A stretch of 63,330 nucleotides of DNA, the filler included, from Dirinaria sp. TL-2023a (taxonomy: Eukaryota), in the NCBI GenBank assembly GCA_051941275.1. It is 34 parts of 34 records of this genome, joined end to end, with 100 filler letters (N's around TTAATTAATTAA, not from the genome) between each part and the next. Parts side by side here need not be neighbours in the genome. Positions count along the whole stretch, not along the records: positions 22,711 to 24,481 come from JAVEBF010002542.1; positions 24,582 to 26,349 come from JAVEBF010002544.1; positions 26,450 to 28,213 come from JAVEBF010002545.1; positions 28,314 to 30,077 come from JAVEBF010002546.1; positions 30,178 to 31,941 come from JAVEBF010002547.1; positions 32,042 to 33,804 come from JAVEBF010002548.1; positions 33,905 to 35,666 come from JAVEBF010002549.1; positions 35,767 to 37,526 come from JAVEBF010002550.1; 26 more parts are not named here. The stretch is one strand, 5' to 3'. Position numbers and translations under genes: made by a program. Shown piece by piece: positions 23,831 to 36,527 of the stretch (the stretch's first letter is position 1; the number at the start of each line of letters is the position of its first letter). Under the pieces are notes generated by a model, which saw only the letters and a program-made list of their open reading frames with translations, was not told where the DNA came from and did not search any database.

Positions 23831-24919
23831 CAAACCTCAAGAAAGAGTTCTGGTATATTCCCTCTCTAGGTCTCTGTTAGTCTTTGGAAGATATCGGATC
23901 CCCATGAGAGTGAGCTTACCTGGAATGACACATGGAAAGTCATCGCAAGGGTTTGTATCTACCCCTGCATACGACTGAATTGACCGTAGAGGAAAGGTGC
24001 GTCGGTATATATATCTGGTGAAAAGATCTGACTAGCGGGTCGAACCGTAGAGATCGAGTGGAAGATTATTTCTATGAGACGGGATTCTACCTCGAGACTC
24101 TTGAGATCCTAAGACTTATTTCCGACAATCGATTTTTTGAGCCATGCTTTCCCTTATTGAAAATGGTGGATGATCAGAGCACGCATTTCTTGAAGGAGGA
24201 CTTCATTGTGTCGCAAGTGCAAATTATCGACGGAGTGGCCACTAAGACTGATCAGGCTCCATCATGACCTATGACTGACTCCTCAAATAGGACTTGCGCA
24301 GCGTGAGAAGACTTCAAAAAACATGAGCGCGCAAACTGACACTGAACCATGAGCCACCGAATACTCGCACCACGGGTAGGAAAATGCGCCTGCGAAGTTG
24401 TTCATATTATCGATCATCTGAGGGGCAATGAGCAATTATATCGAGTCAAAAGAATGTTGGACCTTTGTTTGGTATAGTGTGNNNNNNNNNNNNNNNNNNN
24501 NNNNNNNNNNNNNNNNNNNNNNNNNTTAATTAATTAANNNNNNNNNNNNNNNNNNNNNNNNNNNNNNNNNNNNNNNNNNNNCCGCAATTCAGAGACCGTT
24601 ATGGGATTGAGGAAACACCGCAGCACATTCAGTGAGCTTGTTGCCTTTGAGACGCAGAGATGGCACATCGCAGTAGGCATCTACTTCAAACATAGATTAA
24701 CAGTACAACTAAGCCACACGAGCTCTCCAATACACAGATGCCTACAGCCATTCGACAAGATCCTCGTGAGGCTCGTACGCTGTCACCTTGCTGCGACGGC
24801 GCGATACCGTACTCAATTGGGAAATACCCTTTGAGACGCAATTGGGAAGATCTCTCAATGTGGATAATAATGGACACCGAACCGGGCCACATCAGTCAAG
24901 CCGGGATCAACGCACTTGA

Positions 24920-25660
24920 GCAGATGAGGTATATCAGACAAGCTGCCAGGCCCGATGGCAGACATTTGGACATCTACGCCCTCAGGGCATTCGGACGTTG
25001 CGCAGACACGATCTTCTTTCGATCGTGCCTATCAGCTCGGATAGATATAGTCTGGGAGCGATTGAAGCAGGACGGTCTATTGGGTCAAACGATTTTCACA
25101 CAGCAATGGCCCCTCCCCAAGAAAATACATGGTTCCCGTATTGAAATCGAAAACAAGAGGCAAGACGACACGAGACCTTCTTTTACGAGGTGAAGCCAAA
25201 GTTGGAATTCTATATGAAGGATTATCTTATCTTGCGCAACAGATGAGATCCATAAGACGTACGGTCGAGTTCTGCGCCGGGCTCCATCGGTCAAGCTAGA
25301 CTGAATGCTCTTGAGCACGAGCAAGTCAACGACGCCAAAGCAGAAGCGAGACGGTACGAAACGTTGCTCTACGAAATGGAGTCAAAGTTGAATTACCATA
25401 TAAACAACAGCCTCATGTTGCACAGCAGATGAGGTTCATAAGACGTACGGTCGAGTCTTGCGCCGGAGAATTGGATATACATATCCTGAGAGTATTCGGA
25501 CGTTGCGCAGACACGGTCTTCTTTAGATCGTGTCTATCGACTCGGATCGTCATATTCTGGAAGCGATTGAGACAGTACGGTCTGTTGGGTCAAAAGATTT
25601 TCACACATCAATGTCCCATCCACAGGCAAACACGTGATGACCGTATTGATATCGATCCCC
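24920..25660 (+). repeat. Local duplication of a ~65-codon module in a broken gene of unknown function
   Basis: LDIYALRAFGRCADTIFFRSCLSARIDIVWERLKQDGLLGQ versus LDIHILRVFGRCADTVFFRSCLSTRIVIFWKRLRQYGLLGQ. A partial third copy lies near 25240. Confidence 0.7.
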
Positions 25661-26454
25661 ACCAACGGGCTTAAGAGCGTACGATGATACCACATTAATA
25701 TCAATCAATTTCCCACTATGACAGGAATAATGCCGGACAAAATAAACGAACATATATACAGCAATAATCACCTACCAACATGAGGGTCCCTGTTTGGCGC
25801 AAACGTTTGCTGCTCGACAGTTAAGAGCCCGGACTTCGCCATGGCGTGGATTCGATTCCAGCCTCACGTCACCGCTTTTCCATATGTCCACCACCACAAA
25901 ATCGTTACATTTGTCGTTGATTGGCAAGCACTTCAAGATAAGTATGATTCAATTGATAAACGCATATGCGGCTATCTTCGTACCTGGATTATTCCAGAAA
26001 AAGAAAAGTGGTGTCAAATTGGACGAATCGGCATTTGCACTTCAATAATCATACTACTTCTCGAAAAAAGCAAGAGGTGAAGCAAGAGGTGAAGCAACAA
26101 CAGAGAATGCAGAATACGATGCTATCATGACTGAGTTCGATAGAATCGATTGCGAGATGCAATTCAGAAGAATCGAAAAGGAGAGTTTGACTCTGCTATC
26201 GATGAGGGAGTAGCCGATGAGGCCTGCGAGGTTCTAGGCATAGCACCAATACCTCTTTCTAGACCGCGTCCGGTCAAAGGTTTTAACGGGGAGCTCTCCG
26301 TTTCTACAATCCGAAAGCTTCCGTGTGCAAGGCGGCAGCCGTCTCAAAANNNNNNNNNNNNNNNNNNNNNNNNNNNNNNNNNNNNNNNNNNNNTTAATTA
26401 ATTAANNNNNNNNNNNNNNNNNNNNNNNNNNNNNNNNNNNNNNNNNNNNGTAGC

Positions 26455-27747
26455 ATGATGAGCTTCTCAGTATGCAGGCTCTTACAAGCTTTCGAATCGC
26501 AAATAGCTTTCCGGTTCAAGAGGAAAGACCTTTCTCCGAAGTAGCAAGAACTTGCGGCCTAGAAGAATCCGTGATGCGTCGCTTGCTGCGCCACGCAATG
26601 ACTAAGAACATCTTTCGAGAACCTCGACAAGGCGTAGTATCTCACACGGCTGTATCCAGGCTTCTCGCAGAAGACTCGCAGCTGCATGACTGGGTCGGCG
26701 CGAACACAGATGAACTATGGCAAGCAGCTGCCCAGGCCGTCAATGCCTTGGTTAAGTACCCAGCGTCACAAGAACCAAATCAGACGGGGTTTGCTTTGGC
26801 CAACAATGTCGAGAAATCCATTTACGAGGTTTTCGCTATGCATCCAGATCGTGCTAAGCGCTTCGGTAACGCGATGGCATCTTTCACCGCGGGCGCGGGA
26901 TACGAGCTCGAACACTTATTCAATGGTTTCGACTGAAGCTCGATCGGAAATGGGCTTGTTGTTGATGTACGTGCTCCCTGCTATCCGTGACAACAAGCGA
27001 TATTAACTATCAAGGTCGGTGGATCCAATGGATTCATAAGTGTTGGACTCGCTTCCGCTTTTCCTCAACTACATTTCATAGTACAAGACTTCGACGAAGT
27101 CGTAGCAGGCGCAAACGTTTCATCCGATGTCAAAGGTCGTATTCAGTTCATGGCGCACAATTTTATATTCGAACAGTCGATCAAGAATGCAGATGTTTAT
27201 CTGTTCCGTTGGATCTTTCATAATTGGTCGGATATGTACTGCATGCGGATTCTTCGAAATCTCATACCTGCGCTGAAAAAAGGAGCTATTATCCTCATCA
27301 ATGATAATTTCTTGCCAGAGCCTGGCACCATGGATTTGTGGCACGAGGAGCGACTTCGGTATGTGAAGTTCTTTGATTGCTGGTATCGTTGATGTCTTTG
27401 AACGTAATCCATCATTATCAACCTGACTGTTCTCTGCGCTTGGTATATATGTACATAAGCATGGGAAAGACGCTAGAGACATATGGTTCGGTGCACTGGC
27501 TGAAGGTTTAAGAATCTTCTTTCAACGCTTATTATGCAAGATGAAACGCAACATGTCGAATTGACTAACAATCATGTTCGACAGATCGATGGATCTCACG
27601 ATGCTAGAAATTCAGAATTCGCGGGAGCGAGAACTTGATGAATGAGCGCTCTTGTTCAGAAAGGCTGATAGTCGATTTGAATTTCTGAGAGGCAGTCAGT
27701 CAGCAGGATCGCGTCTGTGGATCCTCCGGGCGAGATGGAATGCTTAA
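26455..27747 (+). pseudogene. SAM-dependent O-methyltransferase (fungal secondary-metabolism type) with two in-frame TGA
   Basis: RRLLRHAM..IFREP...VSHTAVSRLL; VVD|VGGSNG (intron 26967-27014); FIVQD; MAHNF; DVYLFRWIFHNWSD; SMDLTML...NSRER. TGA at 26934 (GFD*) and 27643 (LDE*). 5' exon missing. Confidence 0.9.
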
Positions 27748-28941
27748 GAGATGTCACTTGCCCTAAAATGAAGAATTTTATTTGCCGTTAGTGTCTGATT
27801 CATAGTAAAGAGAGAGAGAGTCAACAAAATCTAGCTCGGATGATAAATAGTGAGTCGCCAGCGTTATCAAAAACAAATGTTCCTTCTATATTACAGCAGC
27901 TCATAACCGTTGCATTTAATGATCATCAAAAGTTACTTTCAAAGTCTGTAGTTGTGCTTGATCTATACACGCATTTAATAGCATTCGTCATTGACCCTCT
28001 TCCACTCTTTGAGTAATCTGGAGCGACATTTCTGGGTTCAAACAATCGATCTATATTTCAAACCATCTAGTAAGTTACTCGCACATCTAATACTCTTGAA
28101 TAACGCTGGCCTTGTGGTCCTGTGCAAGTAAATGATGCTTTTTTACTCATGACTTCCATGCCGAATATCTCGCAAGCATCATTGCTCACTCAACATGTAA
28201 CTTAGTATACAAGNNNNNNNNNNNNNNNNNNNNNNNNNNNNNNNNNNNNNNNNNNNNTTAATTAATTAANNNNNNNNNNNNNNNNNNNNNNNNNNNNNNN
28301 NNNNNNNNNNNNNAATGGCGGTTCCTAGATCAGAAGCTTTCAAGAAAGCTGTAGCCGAGTACCCTTCTGTCTTCTCGGACCTACATAAGAGAGAAGTACA
28401 TCGAGTATGTCATCACCAAGCACCGTTCTAGAGGCCTTTCGTCCGTGTCCTCTACGTTTCATTTCTTCACTACCGAGATGGATGAAAAGGTCAAGAAGTC
28501 TTCTGGCGCTAACGATTCAACTTTAGCTAGATGCCTTGTACACTCAAAGTACGAATCCCACAGATCTTGTAAATCATAGCGCCAAGCAACCGAAGGGGCA
28601 TGACGGTGTCTTGGTGGGTGTTCTTCCGTTCTGGTCGTCGCATGAAGTACATAAGCTCACCACGTCCAGGCGCATGAGTATGAGCATCTTTACCGCATCA
28701 TATACAGATATCCCACGGCAGATTTAGCGCAGGCTGAGTACGCTAGATATCTGGGAGAGCTGAAGAGGAAGCAAGCTGGTAGGGGCATAGCCAAAAATAA
28801 TATAACCCATTCTCAAGGTCTTATGGGTCATAGTATCCTTGCTAAAGTTCTTATATTAACGTTATTTTATCAGGGCTCCCAGGTACATCGACTATCTCAA
28901 CGCTTGTTGATCCTGTCCATTCCAGCTCGCACCTACCTCCA

Positions 28942-30018
28942 ATGACCTCCATGAAGCCTTCCTCTGACGAAGCCTCGCTGAAAGACGACCACCAATACTC
29001 GATTCCAACCCCTCTACCAGACGCTACATCTTTAGCTCAGGACGGAGGCCAGCTGAGAGACGATTCCCGGTTTGTCGCAACAAAGCCTGCACAGATCGTC
29101 ACAATTACAGAAAAAGTCAAGTCTATCGATCTTGAAAAAGAACAAGAAAGCGAGTCGGCATTGAAAGGCTCTCTGGGGGCAAGCTATCACTACAACGCCT
29201 GTCTCCAGCGCTGCGAGAGTTGTGGACTCGTTCTCATCGATTATGTATGCCCCAGGGGACATATCCAGCACCCTCCTATGAAGATGAGCAAACGACTTCT
29301 GGGCAATGATTCCGATGCACACTTGACTCCTTCTAAAAAACCGAAGTATTCAGCTGCTGCGAATGCCGAGGAAAGAGAACTCGACAATCCCAATGACCAG
29401 CTTTTGTCTGTACAGCCACAAAAGCCCTTGGAAGACAGAACCACTGTTGCAGACGCATCTAAACCCTCATTATGTTCGGAGGCTATGAAAAATACTTCGC
29501 AGGACGTCATCAACGAGAGTGCCGCTGGCGGTCCTTCAGTCATCAACTCGCATGGCGGCACAGATGTCCCTATCGCCGACCAAGCATATCATGACACCTT
29601 AGATGACATTTGGCGCTGCAAAATCTGTCATTGGGAGATCGTATCCAAAAATGCCAACGACAAGTACGGCCACTGCTTCCAGGGCCACAGAATCGAGTTA
29701 TTCAAGATCCAGAACTGGAAGCCGGCGGATCTGTGCAGCGAGGATGAAATTTCCGCGGATGAGGACCCGGACAGTGACGATGAGGACGCGATCGACGACA
29801 GTGAGGTCACGGCATGGATCTTCAATGTGCCGGCCGAGATGGACTACGAGACTGATATTATCGAGGAAGAAGGTACCAGTGACGACAATAAAGAAAAAAG
29901 CTCGGAGAAAAGCGACGAGGAGGATGAATTCGAGGAAAGGGAAAACGAGTCCTTGTATTCGTCCTCTGTGCGCGATTCCAAGGTGTACAAGATCCTCCAG
30001 TTCTTTCATTTAGTCTAG
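28942..30018 (+). CDS. Hypothetical protein with two CxxC...CxxGH motifs and an acidic tail
   Basis: 358-aa ORF; CESCGLVLIDYVCPRGH and CKICHWEI...GHCFQGH; D/E-rich C-terminus. Exon boundaries uncertain. Confidence 0.6.
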   Translation: MTSMKPSSDEASLKDDHQYSIPTPLPDATSLAQDGGQLRDDSRFVATKPAQIVTITEKVKSIDLEKEQESESALKGSLGASYHYNACLQRCESCGLVLIDYVCPRGHIQHPPMKMSKRLLGNDSDAHLTPSKKPKYSAAANAEERELDNPNDQLLSVQPQKPLEDRTTVADASKPSLCSEAMKNTSQDVINESAAGGPSVINSHGGTDVPIADQAYHDTLDDIWRCKICHWEIVSKNANDKYGHCFQGHRIELFKIQNWKPADLCSEDEISADEDPDSDDEDAIDDSEVTAWIFNVPAEMDYETDIIEEEGTSDDNKEKSSEKSDEEDEFEERENESLYSSSVRDSKVYKILQFFHLV

Positions 30019-31434
30019 CACAGACCTTGCAAACACCTCATTCCACCGGCAGATATGCTTGTACAGTATTCGATAGTNNNNNNNNNNNNNNNNNNNNNNN
30101 NNNNNNNNNNNNNNNNNNNNNTTAATTAATTAANNNNNNNNNNNNNNNNNNNNNNNNNNNNNNNNNNNNNNNNNNNNCAGCGGACGATGGATCATCTACG
30201 TTTAAATGAAGTCGAAGAAAAGGTTCGGGGGGTGGGAAAGGGGGAGGGATCTATTCTCAATATTCGCTAGTTGAGAAAACGGGCCGATGTAATGCCAAGC
30301 CTCGGTCAAATACCTCTCTGCCCCCTACTAGGCGTCCCCACAACATGGGACATAAGCTGATGTGTGCACTACGGCAATGAACGATGACCCACATGCCTCT
30401 ATGCACAGCAATGGCATCAATGGCTTCAAATGCACACAGTACGGAGGACGACACCATAATTCCTGGCTAGCGTCATGTACGCCAAGACCAGTCGTCCAGG
30501 TGACTACAGGTAGATTTTGCAGAGCCTAGATAACAAATTGGAAGGCTCGGGTGATAATATTAGTTAGTCCTCCAGGCGACTTTCAGTTGACCCCCCCTGT
30601 AGCATTGACCGCGCTAGCCAGGACTTATGGTGTCGACCTCCGTAAGTGGCACCAGTGACTTTGTTAAATTAGGCTCATGCATGCACACACTCTCTTCTAG
30701 TCAAATGAAGAATTATGGAATTGCACACAAAGTCCGGGCTGGATTTATCTCCAACCAAGCGGTGGGTGTTTATTCGCCACATGACGATGTGGCCGCGCAC
30801 AACTCGACAAATTATTTTCTTTCAACGGCTTTTGAAAGTTAGATACTTGATCCCTCGGCTGCACTAAAATATTGGTGCGCATATTTCGTCGCAGCTCATC
30901 AGATGGTGCCTGGAGACCGCTTGAGAATGCCGCGAAACGCCTGCTTTGCAGATGGCGGTATTATTAGCGAACAACGCTTGGACGCCGCGAGCAAATTCCA
31001 CTCATATCAAGAAATGTATGTGCAATTGATGCATGCGAAAAGTAGGGAGTCGAGCGAGACCTAGCGCTTGATATTGGTGTGGAACTTCATTGAGCCTGCC
31101 GACGAGACGCCCAGTGCGCCCGGAAGTGGGTCATAGAATCCTCTCCCTCACTCAAATTCCTCATTCAAAGCCGTGCCGATGAAGAGTATCGTTAACCCTA
31201 AGACGAGTTATTGCTTAATGCTCGCGACAAGAACGACATGAAGATGAATTCTCTTGTGTCTGATAGGAAATTGTCACTCGCCAGTGAGTCCTAAGGCAAA
31301 TATCGTACCTTAGAAGATCCCCGACAATGTTGATTATTGGAGGAATGTCTCAAGTTTCTTAAATATTCACATCAGAAAATTTCACGTCGCTGTCCAGCCA
31401 CGAACTCATCCCGCTGTCCGCTATCAACACCACA

Positions 31435-31941
31435 TCGTTAAAGATCACGTGGAGGTCTTGAAGCCATTCTAAATCAGCGTACAAGCGAGCGTTGGATTGA
31501 GTACTTCTACAAGGAGCTCGACGATCGTCAGATCCGCAACAAAGTTTCTTTGGCGCTGACTTTGACGAGAGAACGTTGTGCCAAAGCTTGTCACCATGTG
31601 CGGATTGTCATTGCTCACCGGTGAGTGTGTATGATGGTATGTTGTCACGGCATTACAGTTGACTGATCGAGGCTCGTCATTCGCTCGGCCCACCTTTTTA
31701 AATAGTGTGCACATATTTGACGCATTTAGCAGTGCTTCAAGTAGTTTACATGGCGATGGATATATATAGTACTTTATCGGCACCCGTTCGGCTTTCACAA
31801 ACGCTTAATTTATCTCTTGCTCCAGCACCGCCGTTGATATCGCATTAGGCTTTCTTTGCTCATTCACAAACTCCAGATATCGGCCGCGCTGCAGCGGCAC
31901 CAGTTTGCGCTGGAGGCAGCATTTGCAGATAATGTTTGTCT
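31435..31941 (-). repeat. 507-nt sequence shared, inverted, with 38880-39386
   Basis: About 96% identical by eye; both copies run to a contig end. Confidence 0.92.
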
Positions 31942-32202
31942 NNNNNNNNNNNNNNNNNNNNNNNNNNNNNNNNNNNNNNNNNNNNTTAATTAATTAANNN
32001 NNNNNNNNNNNNNNNNNNNNNNNNNNNNNNNNNNNNNNNNNCAGATAATAAACGTCGATCATTGTCTCGACGTATGTTTTAAATTCATATAAATCGATGA
32101 TCGCGATTTTCGATAAAAAGACAAATAAGTCAATGAAAAAAACGCGTCGTGCGCGCAATTTTAATCAAAATTCAAAATGCAACGACATGTTTAATCTGAT
32201 TC

Positions 32203-32436
32203 TGTCATGATGCTAAGTTGCACAGTTCTTTAGTCAAGCTTGTCAAGTCTTCTACGGGTCGCGTATGCGACTATAGGGGTTGCTAATGTTATATTTCAGG
32301 ACAACTTCATTCCTCTTTTTCTTTTCTTGTCTTTCGTCTTGTATAGTACTCAGTACATAGATTTAAGTTCATTTAATAATAAAACCTCGTTAATCTCTAT
32401 CTATGAATAGATCTCAGCTCAGCTCTTGATATTACA
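32203..32436 (+). mobile_element. Putative 5' LTR of a gypsy-like element
   Basis: TGTCAT...ATTACA segment directly upstream of a gag remnant. No second copy in the window. Confidence 0.45.
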
Positions 32437-32519
32437 AAAGATTTATAATTCTCACAACGCTTTCACGCGTTGAAATTCTCGCTGTTCGTATTTATCACGC
32501 GTATATAGTCATTATACGA

Positions 32520-33567
32520 ATCTCCGACTCAATAAAGCATCTCGAGAATTTTCTCGAAATCGAGCTGAGCGTCGATGAATTTGCTCAGCAAATAGCTCAA
32601 GACTCAGTTAAAGTTCTTCGTCAATTCAGAGAGCTTCAAAATCAATTTAATCATGCTCGTTTCAATGTCGATATCACGTCGTTTTCGTTTATTTCGTTTT
32701 TTTCGTTTTCTTCGTTCGTGATCTCACTCGACTCGCGATCAATGAGTATGATAACTCAGATGATAACTCAAACTTTTCAAAATCAATTTTCGCTCACGTA
32801 TGTCTCGTCTGTTATTAATCTCTTTTTTACGTCGACTGTCGCTCAAATTATCTTTATCGTTTTCAAATTCGAGAAACTTTCGAATATATCTGAGTATGAG
32901 AGAGACAAGAATCATTTAAACGCGTGAGAGCAAAATTTAATACAGCGCATAAATGTAAATCACGATCGCTATCTTATTAATCGCTTCAAAATCGTTTATG
33001 CTGAGTCTCGACTCACGATAAAAAAGAAGACTCATAATTTAATGAGTCAATATCGAGTAAATAATCTCTGTACACTGATCAGTTTCGTCGAATGACGTCA
33101 AAATCTTCATCATTGTTGTGAAAATTCTTTCGGGATCGAAGATGCTCGAAACTATCTTCGCGACATTTTTAAACAAGGCTCAACGAGCTTGACGAAATAT
33201 TATAATCTTTTTTATCAAAAGAAAAAACGTTTTCAGATGAAGAACGCTATTTTGATTGACTGCATGAAAAAAAATGTCAGTTACTTTATTCAGTTAGTCG
33301 TCATGTTCTGACGAACTCTCGATGACAAAAAATCATTTATTTTTCAACAATATGTTCAAATCTTTCGTGAGACGAATAAAGAATTACAGCAGCTCAAACG
33401 TCGTCAATCTCGTATCGTCGCAGTCGTTACGACTGCATTTGTCAAGCTCAAAATCATCATCATCTCAAGCAGCAATATTTTGAGAACAAAAAGTATCATC
33501 GCGATTTCGATGATTTCAGTCATTTCTGTCGTTTTCGTTTCGACTGACGATCTCATGAATTTGAGCT
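32520..33567 (+). pseudogene. Hypermutated retrotransposon gag
   Basis: KFEKLSNISEYERDKNHLNA* (from .SEKLPDIPEY.GD...L.AW), KIVYAESRL, and terminal DDLMNLS (from GDPMDLS). Confidence 0.75.
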
Positions 33568-33778
33568 TGTTAGGACCGATGCAGAGCAAGTCAATGCAGG
33601 TATAGTTAACTAAGGATATTATCACTAAGGAAGGAAAGAAGAAGAGAAGCTAGATACAATGGGGGTCCCAGATATATACGCGTGTGGGTGTCGCGTATCC
33701 CGATCGAGTTAGCGCATTACCCCTGAGAACCCTGGGAGGTGTTGCCCCAGGTAGTATACCAGGTGCATGCTCGTAACA
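33568..33778. mobile_element. Unmutated 211-nt LTR-like insertion (family E)
   Basis: TGTTAG...GTAACA ends and an abrupt switch to CC/GG-rich sequence right after the gag remnant. Flanks GAGCT/ATCAC give no TSD. Confidence 0.65.
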
Positions 33779-33904
33779 ATCACAAAGAAATAAAAGACAA
33801 TGAANNNNNNNNNNNNNNNNNNNNNNNNNNNNNNNNNNNNNNNNNNNNTTAATTAATTAANNNNNNNNNNNNNNNNNNNNNNNNNNNNNNNNNNNNNNNN
33901 NNNN

Positions 33905-35354
33905 TTCGACGAAGAAGAGCTGAATGAACGGGACATGAGGAGGCGCACATCGATTGCAGAAGGGCAGATCAAGCACCAAAAGCTAGGATGGAGAAGATTG
34001 ACAGTGGGTCACTTACATCTCCAAGGCGCTTCTGCGTCATACTCCACGAATTGTCGTCGCGGCGGCTGCATTCAAGAGATATTTGCTGAGATCCTCCGCA
34101 ATCTAGATATGTCTTATCGTCGAAGCAATCGCCCTCGGCTCCCTGAGCATGCCGAGCGCATTCGCCAGCCTTGGAATGGTAGCTGGCGTCCTGGTGACAG
34201 TGGGGCTCGGACTCATCGCCATCTACACCAGCTATGTTGTCGGCCAAGTCAAGTTGAAATACCCCCACGTTGAGCACTACGCTGATGCGGTGGCTGTCAT
34301 GTGGGGCCGGTTCGGGTACGAACTTGCAAGTGTGATGTTCGTACTATTCTTGGTGCTTCTTACAGGCTCGCACGTTCTCACCGGCACCATCGCTTGGATC
34401 CGCATAGTTGACAAGCCTACCATTTGCGCCTTGGTGTGGGGTATCGTATCCATGATCATGCTCTATTGTCTCGCCCTCCCTCCTACCTTTCACGAATTTG
34501 CCATACTAGGCTACATCGACTTCGCTTCGATCTGTGTCGCCATCTTCATGACAATGGTCGCGACCGGCGTGTCTGCTTCGAATGCCCCAGGTGGTCTCTC
34601 GGGCGTACCCTGGTCTGCATGGCCGCCGCCAGATATTACGTTTCCGAAGGCTTTCCTTTCATTGACCAACATAGTCTTTGCTTATGCCTTCGCCGTCTGC
34701 CAGTACAGCTTTATGGCGGAAATGCACACACCCAAAGACTACGTCAAGTCCATCTGGGCGCTTGGGCTAGCTGAGATCTTCATCTATACCCTCACAGGAG
34801 CGATCATCTACTCCTTCGTTGGCAGCGACGTGGAAAGTCCCGCTATCCTCTCGGCCGGACATGTGATGTCCCGCGTCGCCTTCGGCATTGCCCTTCCGGT
34901 TATATTCATCTCTGGCAGCATCAACACCACCGTGGTTGCCAAGTACCTTATGTCTCGCGTCTTCCCCCACTCGGAGGTTCGCTACGTTCACACGCGGAAA
35001 GGCTGGGCTATCTGGTTGGTCCTGATCGCTGGGCTCATGATCATTGCGTGGGTAATCGCCGAAGCTATCCCGTTCTTCAATTCCCTTCTGGGTATCATTT
35101 CCAGTCTCTTCAGCGCCGGCTTCACATTCACCTTCCCTGCGCTTTTCTGGTTCAGTATCGTAAAAGAGGGGAAATGGAACGCGAACGCCAAGAACATTGC
35201 GCTCTCCGTTCTCAATGCTCTAGTGTTCTGTATCGGTATTTGCGTGCTGGTTTGCGGCACATATGCCAGTGTTGAGGATATCGTTGACAGCTACAAGACT
35301 GGCAGCGTCTCCGGATCTTTTACGTGTTCTTCAAGCGCGTACTCGGGCTCATGA
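33905..35354 (+). CDS. Amino-acid permease, Aa_trans/AAAP family (Neurospora Mtr-like), 5'-truncated
   Basis: KLGWRRLT|intron|ICLIVEAIALGSLSMPSAFASLGMVAG...; FAYAFAVCQYSFMAEMHTPKDYVKS; IAEAIPFFNSLLGIISSLF; about 11 hydrophobic segments. Confidence 0.93.
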
Positions 35355-36527
35355 ATAGCTCCTAAACCTTCTCTGTGTTTATAAACATATTCTTTTGCGT
35401 CCTGTGTCCGCCAGTTATCTTGCGCACGGTTGACTGATTCGATTTACTCACGCTGTTTTGGAGCATCATACTTGCTGCTGAGACATGACATCATTCGCAT
35501 TCAGATCAGGTTCACTGAGTGCTGACAGAATTGTAACCAACGCGCATACTTCATGACAATGCATGTCTTGTAGGACGCCTCTTCGCTACAGACGTTGGTG
35601 ACGCCAAGTGGCCAGTCAGAGCGTAGAGCATGTGCATCCTACTGAACCGGCAGCATTTGCTTAGCCNNNNNNNNNNNNNNNNNNNNNNNNNNNNNNNNNN
35701 NNNNNNNNNNTTAATTAATTAANNNNNNNNNNNNNNNNNNNNNNNNNNNNNNNNNNNNNNNNNNNNATCTCCGAGGATCATGATTCATGATCGCGTGGAC
35801 ACGCTTGTAGAATCAGCTAGTGATCGCTAGTATTTAAGGTAGGTATTGAGCACTCAAGCTGAAGCAAGGGCCATGGTACTTCGCGTACTCCGTACAGTAG
35901 TGGGAAAGGCTAAAACAAAACGCGGGTTGAATACTACCTATCAAACGGTGATCAGAAACATCAAATCAGGCGATCGCAGCATCATGACCGCCATCTTGTG
36001 ATATAGTAGTAAGGTAGTACTCGTACTGTACAGATCACCGGGACTCGCTTTCGGTTGGCTTGTCGTGGCGCGGTCAGGCACAACAAGGCAATTTGAGCGA
36101 ATCCTCTCCACGTGTAGCCCAACAACAATGCTGATTGGTTATCTTCCATCGTCACCCTAAGACGTCGTGTGCTCTCACTTCAAATGTTCCTACGTACCTT
36201 CCATTGTCAGTTCAGACATCTTTACAGAAAAGAGCCTCATCTTCTTCTATATTTCTAAAACAGCTGTTTCTTAAAGAGGACAAATTATTGTGGGCGAGGC
36301 GGGCACAAATTCATCATAACTTGCCGTCCTCCCGACAAGGTACCGCGTCAGCCTTACAGGGGCGACACATAATTATCAATTCCATACTGAATTCCTTGCT
36401 TGTAACTCCCTGCAGTCCCTCGGCGAGGATTGAGATGTACTACGTTCGCTTTAAACGATTGGAAGTCGACCGTCTCGTGTGAGAGCCTTCGGGCTCTCAG
36501 TGAGCTCGCTTTTCCTTTGCTGCCAAG

